Shown: piece by piece, positions 28,234 to 31,012 of the stretch
Layout: each line of letters starts with the position of its first letter
Numbering within the stretch: the first letter of the stretch is position 1
NCBI GenBank assembly: GCA_037917635.1
Contig: JAVCBX010000149.1
Span: 1 to 31,012, forward strand
Source of the DNA: Thermoproteota archaeon
Lineage (GTDB): Archaea > Korarchaeota > Korarchaeia > Korarchaeales > Korarchaeaceae
Direction: 5' to 3'
DNA: 31,012 bases
Made by a program: the position numbers and the translations under genes
The notes under the pieces: model-generated
What the model was told of the DNA's origin: nothing
The model's input: only the letters and a program-made list of their open reading frames with translations
The model's database searches: none

Positions 28234-28308
28234 CGGGCCCGGCGGGACTCGAACCCGCGACCTACGGCTCCGGAGGCCGTCGCTCTATCCAGACTGAGCT
28301 ACGGGCCC
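28234..28308 (-). tRNA. tRNA-Arg (anticodon CCG), no intron
   Basis: GGGCCCGTAGCTCAGTCTGGATAGAGCGACGGCCTCCGGAGCCGTAGGTCGCGGGTTCGAGTCCCGCCGGGCCCG folds as a full cloverleaf. Confidence 0.97.
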
Positions 28309-28361
28309 TTAAAACTATTAAATAGTTTCCAGTTATAGCTTTAACCCTGCTGTCCCTGCCC

Positions 28362-28523
28362 TTACTTGAAAAACTCCGTGTATCCGCATTTTCCACAGGT
28401 GTACCTGTTATGATGAGTTGCCATAAAGGATCCGCATCTAGGACATTTTCTGGCCTTTCTTATAAGCTTACCATCTTTAATCTCATACAGATTTGATATA
28501 AGGACGTTCTTGTGCTTGACCAA
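28362..28523 (-). CDS. rps27ae: 30S ribosomal protein S27ae (TTG start near 28523)
   Basis: [19 protein letters not shown]...[12 protein letters not shown]. Confidence 0.93.
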   Translation of the reverse strand: MVKHKNVLISNLYEIKDGKLIRKARKCPRCGSFMATHHNRYTCGKCGYTEFFK

Positions 28524-28533
28524 ACTGCATCCC

Positions 28534-28839
28534 CTATCCCGCCTCGGCTTGAGCCTCAGCCTTCTTCTCATGTCTCTTAATTATGTGCTCAGGCTCTATT
28601 TCCTTTGCCTTATTTGGATCATCGTAAACCAATATCAGCGCCCTTGCCTCTGTCATCCCGTACTCTTGAGTTATCTTCCTCACTATCACCCTCTCTTCTT
28701 CAACGCCAAGAAACCTGGAAACTTCTTCCCTTATTTGCCTTCTGCTTGGAGTTGATCCGTCAAATCTGAGCCTAAATAGCACTTCCTCTCTGTGTAGAAG
28801 AGGATTTCTCCTCCTCTCCAAGACCTCCAAGTCTGGCAT
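28534..28839 (-). CDS. rps24e: 30S ribosomal protein S24e
   Basis: [24 protein letters not shown]. Confidence 0.94.
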   Translation of the reverse strand: MPDLEVLERRRNPLLHREEVLFRLRFDGSTPSRRQIREEVSRFLGVEEERVIVRKITQEYGMTEARALILVYDDPNKAKEIEPEHIIKRHEKKAEAQAEAG

Positions 28840-28928
28840 TTGCACTCTACCCATCCATGGATGAGGCGCTTATAAACTCAACCCAACATGAGGTTGGTAG
28901 CTAGGCATCTTAAAGCGCTTAGGAGATC

Positions 28929-29117
28929 TCAAAGGACCCTTAGAGCGTATATTCCCGATCTCGTCAGCCCGAGCTTCTTCGCAAGCTCAGACCTTGTGGG
29001 ATCTACTATGACAACGACCCCCTCCCAGTTGACCGTGAGGTCTTTAGAGCCACAGATTGTGCACCTATCACCCTCTGTCAAGGCCTTACATGAGCGACAT
29101 GCTCTAAGCTTGGGCAA
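28929..29117 (-). CDS. spt4: Transcription elongation factor Spt4 (RpoE'')
   Basis: ACRSC, CTICGS, WEGVVVIVDP..SELAKKLG...GIYALRV. Confidence 0.95.
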   Translation of the reverse strand: MPKLRACRSCKALTEGDRCTICGSKDLTVNWEGVVVIVDPTRSELAKKLGLTRSGIYALRVL

Positions 29118-29129
29118 CTTCTCCCCTCC

Positions 29130-29690
29130 CTACTTCTCCTCCCTTTCCTCCTCTATCTTCCCGAGGCCTGGCTGCCTGCAGGAAAGAGCTATCCTTATTA
29201 TAGGCTCTCCTCTCTTAGGAGCAGTTGGATCAGGCTTGCTAACCGCTGTTATCCTTGCCCTTATCCTGTCTCCTGGTCTGAAGGTGACCTTCGTCTTTCT
29301 TCCTTGAAGCACCCCTCCCCTCTGAATGAACACGTCGTCCCCAAGTTGAGAGATGTGGATGAAGCCGTCAACGGGCCCGACCTTAACTATGGCACCGTGG
29401 GTGACTATCTTGTCTATCTCCCCCTCTATGATCTCCTGGACCTTTGGAAGGAATGAGAGAGCCTTGAACTTCGCCTTAAAGTAGAGTGCGGGGCTAGAAA
29501 TGAAGAGCTTTCCCAAACTTATCTCCTCTATTCCAACTATCTCAACTATCAAACCGGCTCCTGAAACGTACTTGCCCAGATGCTTGTTTCTAAGATAATC
29601 CTCAGCTATCTTCCTTGGATCCTCTCCGATCCTCTCCGGAGGTACAAAGGCTATGTCTGAGAGGGTTACTAGGTAGTACATCGAGATCAC
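29130..29690 (-). CDS. rpoE1: RNA polymerase subunit E' (Rpo7)
   Basis: VPPERIG, VGPVDGFIHISQ, IRARITAV, SCRQPGLGK. Confidence 0.95.
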   Translation of the reverse strand: MISMYYLVTLSDIAFVPPERIGEDPRKIAEDYLRNKHLGKYVSGAGLIVEIVGIEEISLGKLFISSPALYFKAKFKALSFLPKVQEIIEGEIDKIVTHGAIVKVGPVDGFIHISQLGDDVFIQRGGVLQGRKTKVTFRPGDRIRARITAVSKPDPTAPKRGEPIIRIALSCRQPGLGKIEEEREEK

Positions 29691-30097
29691 CTTATTCCGG
29701 GCTCCTCAAGCATCAACTTCTTCCCCGCCCTCAGGTATATAACGGGTATTCCCTTATCAAGGAGCTTTTTCTTAAGCTCTATGTCAAAGGTGGCAACTAT
29801 AACACCTTTCTTGTCCTGGCAGAACTCAACTATGGCTTCATCGCATGCCTTCAAAGCCCTTTCTTCCTTAACTCCTAGCCTTTTAAGCGCCTCAATTATG
29901 CTTGAGGCAACTAACTTCTCCATTTGGGATCCGGATCTTAGCTTTCTTCTTATCTCATCCATGCAGCTGGACAAAACTATGGTTTTAGATGGGTGAGCCA
30001 TTTCTATCACACTTGAGAGGTCGAAGGAGACTTGCCTCTCAAAGATAGCTAAAAGGACCGAGGTGTCGATTACTAGCAATCTAGACATCTCTAACAC
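29687..30097 (-). CDS. PIN-domain protein (Fcf1/Utp23-like) of the rpoE operon
   Basis: VIDTSVL, ACDEAI, VATFDIELKKKL..KGIPVIYLR. Confidence 0.85.
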   Translation of the reverse strand: MLEMSRLLVIDTSVLLAIFERQVSFDLSSVIEMAHPSKTIVLSSCMDEIRRKLRSGSQMEKLVASSIIEALKRLGVKEERALKACDEAIVEFCQDKKGVIVATFDIELKKKLLDKGIPVIYLRAGKKLMLEEPGIR

Positions 30098-30111
30098 GTT
30101 ATTTTGTTTAG

Positions 30112-30200
30112 TGGGCCCGCCGGGATTCGAACCCGGGACCTCTCGGTTATCAGCCGAGCGCTTTTGGCGGAATACCTCTGCCAGGCTGAGCCACGGGCCC
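30112..30200 (-). tRNA. tRNA-Ile (anticodon GAT) with a 15-nt intron at 22/23 (30177-30163)
   Basis: Removing AGGTATTCCGCCAAA restores the GCTC/GAGC D stem; CTCGG-CTGATAA-CCGAG anticodon arm; TGGC/GCCA central helix with AGA and AAA bulges. Confidence 0.93.
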
Positions 30201-30450
30201 AGATAAATTATCTAGATAAAGAATTGAATACCAACTTATATAAATTTAATACCCTATGCCAAGGTGGTAGTCTCATCCTTAATTGCGAAGATCTAATCTT
30301 TCCGAGCGCCTTTTTAGCGCATGCGCTGTGCTCCTTAGCAGAATTCTTCTAGCTCAAGACAGTGAATTTAGATATGAGATTGGCGTGGCTTTCATCTATT
30401 AGATTAATTTAATGCAGAGAGGGCTTGAAAATTATTTTGATGAACCCCCA

Positions 30451-30512
30451 TGCTCTATTAGAGCACAACTTACTGTGCTATGATAAGAATGAGCATTACC
30501 TTTATGTAATGC
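30451..30512. promoter_or_regulatory. Three inverted repeats upstream of vapB (candidate operator)
   Basis: TGCTCTA-T-TAGAGCA (30451-30465), AGCACA-N6-TGTGCT (30462-30479), GCATTAC-N6-GTAATGC (30493-30512), then TTTTTATAT. Confidence 0.5.
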
Positions 30513-30521
30513 ATTTTTATA

Positions 30522-30779
30522 TTGACAAAAATGAAAATATATATGAGTATGGATAAGAAGGTTACTATAAGCGTCAGGATCCCTAAAGAGCTCAAGCAAA
30601 AGATAGAGGAGCACGGGATAAGAGTTAGTGAGGTTGTTAGAAGGGCCCTTGAGGAGGAGATTAAGAGGAAAGAGCTAGAGAAGGCTGCTGAAGCTGCTGA
30701 GGAACTCGGTAAGATCTTCTCCAAGATACCAGAGCAGGAGATAGTACGCCTCATTAGGGAGTACAGGAGGTCAAGGTAG
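30522..30779 (+). CDS. vapB: Type II toxin-antitoxin antitoxin, ribbon-helix-helix VapB-type (likely start ATG 30549)
   Basis: VTISVRIPKELK...VSEVVRRALEEEI; stop TAG abuts the next ATG. Confidence 0.85.
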   Translation: MTKMKIYMSMDKKVTISVRIPKELKQKIEEHGIRVSEVVRRALEEEIKRKELEKAAEAAEELGKIFSKIPEQEIVRLIREYRRSR

Positions 30780-31012
30780 ATGTACATGTTGGACTCAAGC
30801 GCAATAGCGATTCTCCTCAGGAGGCTCGGCAGGAAGGCGTTAAAATACATCAAAGACGTGTACACTTTAGAGCTTGCACGCTACGAGCTGGGCAACATCA
30901 TCTGGAAGGAACACGCAATTAGAGCTTCGATCAGCTTAGATGAGGCGGTAAGTAAGGCAGGCCACATCGCAAAGTTGCTAAAAACCATGAAAATTAGAGG
31001 AATACACTCGGA
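30780..31012 (+). CDS. vapC: PIN-domain toxin VapC, truncated by the window end (not in the supplied ORF track)
   Basis: Hand translation MYMLDSSAIAILLRRLG...LARYELGNIIWK...; D-S-S-A and YELGN.IWK PIN motifs; coupled to the antitoxin. Confidence 0.85.
   Translation, partial: MYMLDSSAIAILLRRLGRKALKYIKDVYTLELARYELGNIIWKEHAIRASISLDEAVSKAGHIAKLLKTMKIRGIHS

Overview
Archaeal chromosome segment, probably a thermophilic TACK-type archaeon (inferred from gene content, GAGGTG-type ribosome-binding sites and tRNAs with non-canonical introns). It is mostly housekeeping. It carries the exosome/proteasome superoperon (rpl15e, DUF54, rnp3, rnp2, psmA, SBDS, rrp4/41/42, rpl37ae, Brix, pcc1), cca, eno, pheST, Sm-rpl37e, sepF, psmB-aCPSF1, rtcB, rsmA, the rpoE1-spt4-rps24e-rps27ae operon and a vapBC pair. 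There are four tRNA genes: Val(CAC), Arg(CCG), Ala(GGC) with two introns and Ile(GAT) with a D-arm intron. A patchy accessory zone (about 16.7-21.3 kb) holds decayed ORFs and a frameshifted flavodoxin. The most striking unexplained element is a ~147-nt non-coding segment (21015-21160) behind a strong TATA promoter. It folds on paper into a two-fold pseudo-symmetric RNA with two near-identical three-way junctions and compensatory cross-pairing, and I cannot assign it to any RNA family I know. All product calls come from recognising motifs by eye; no database searches were run.
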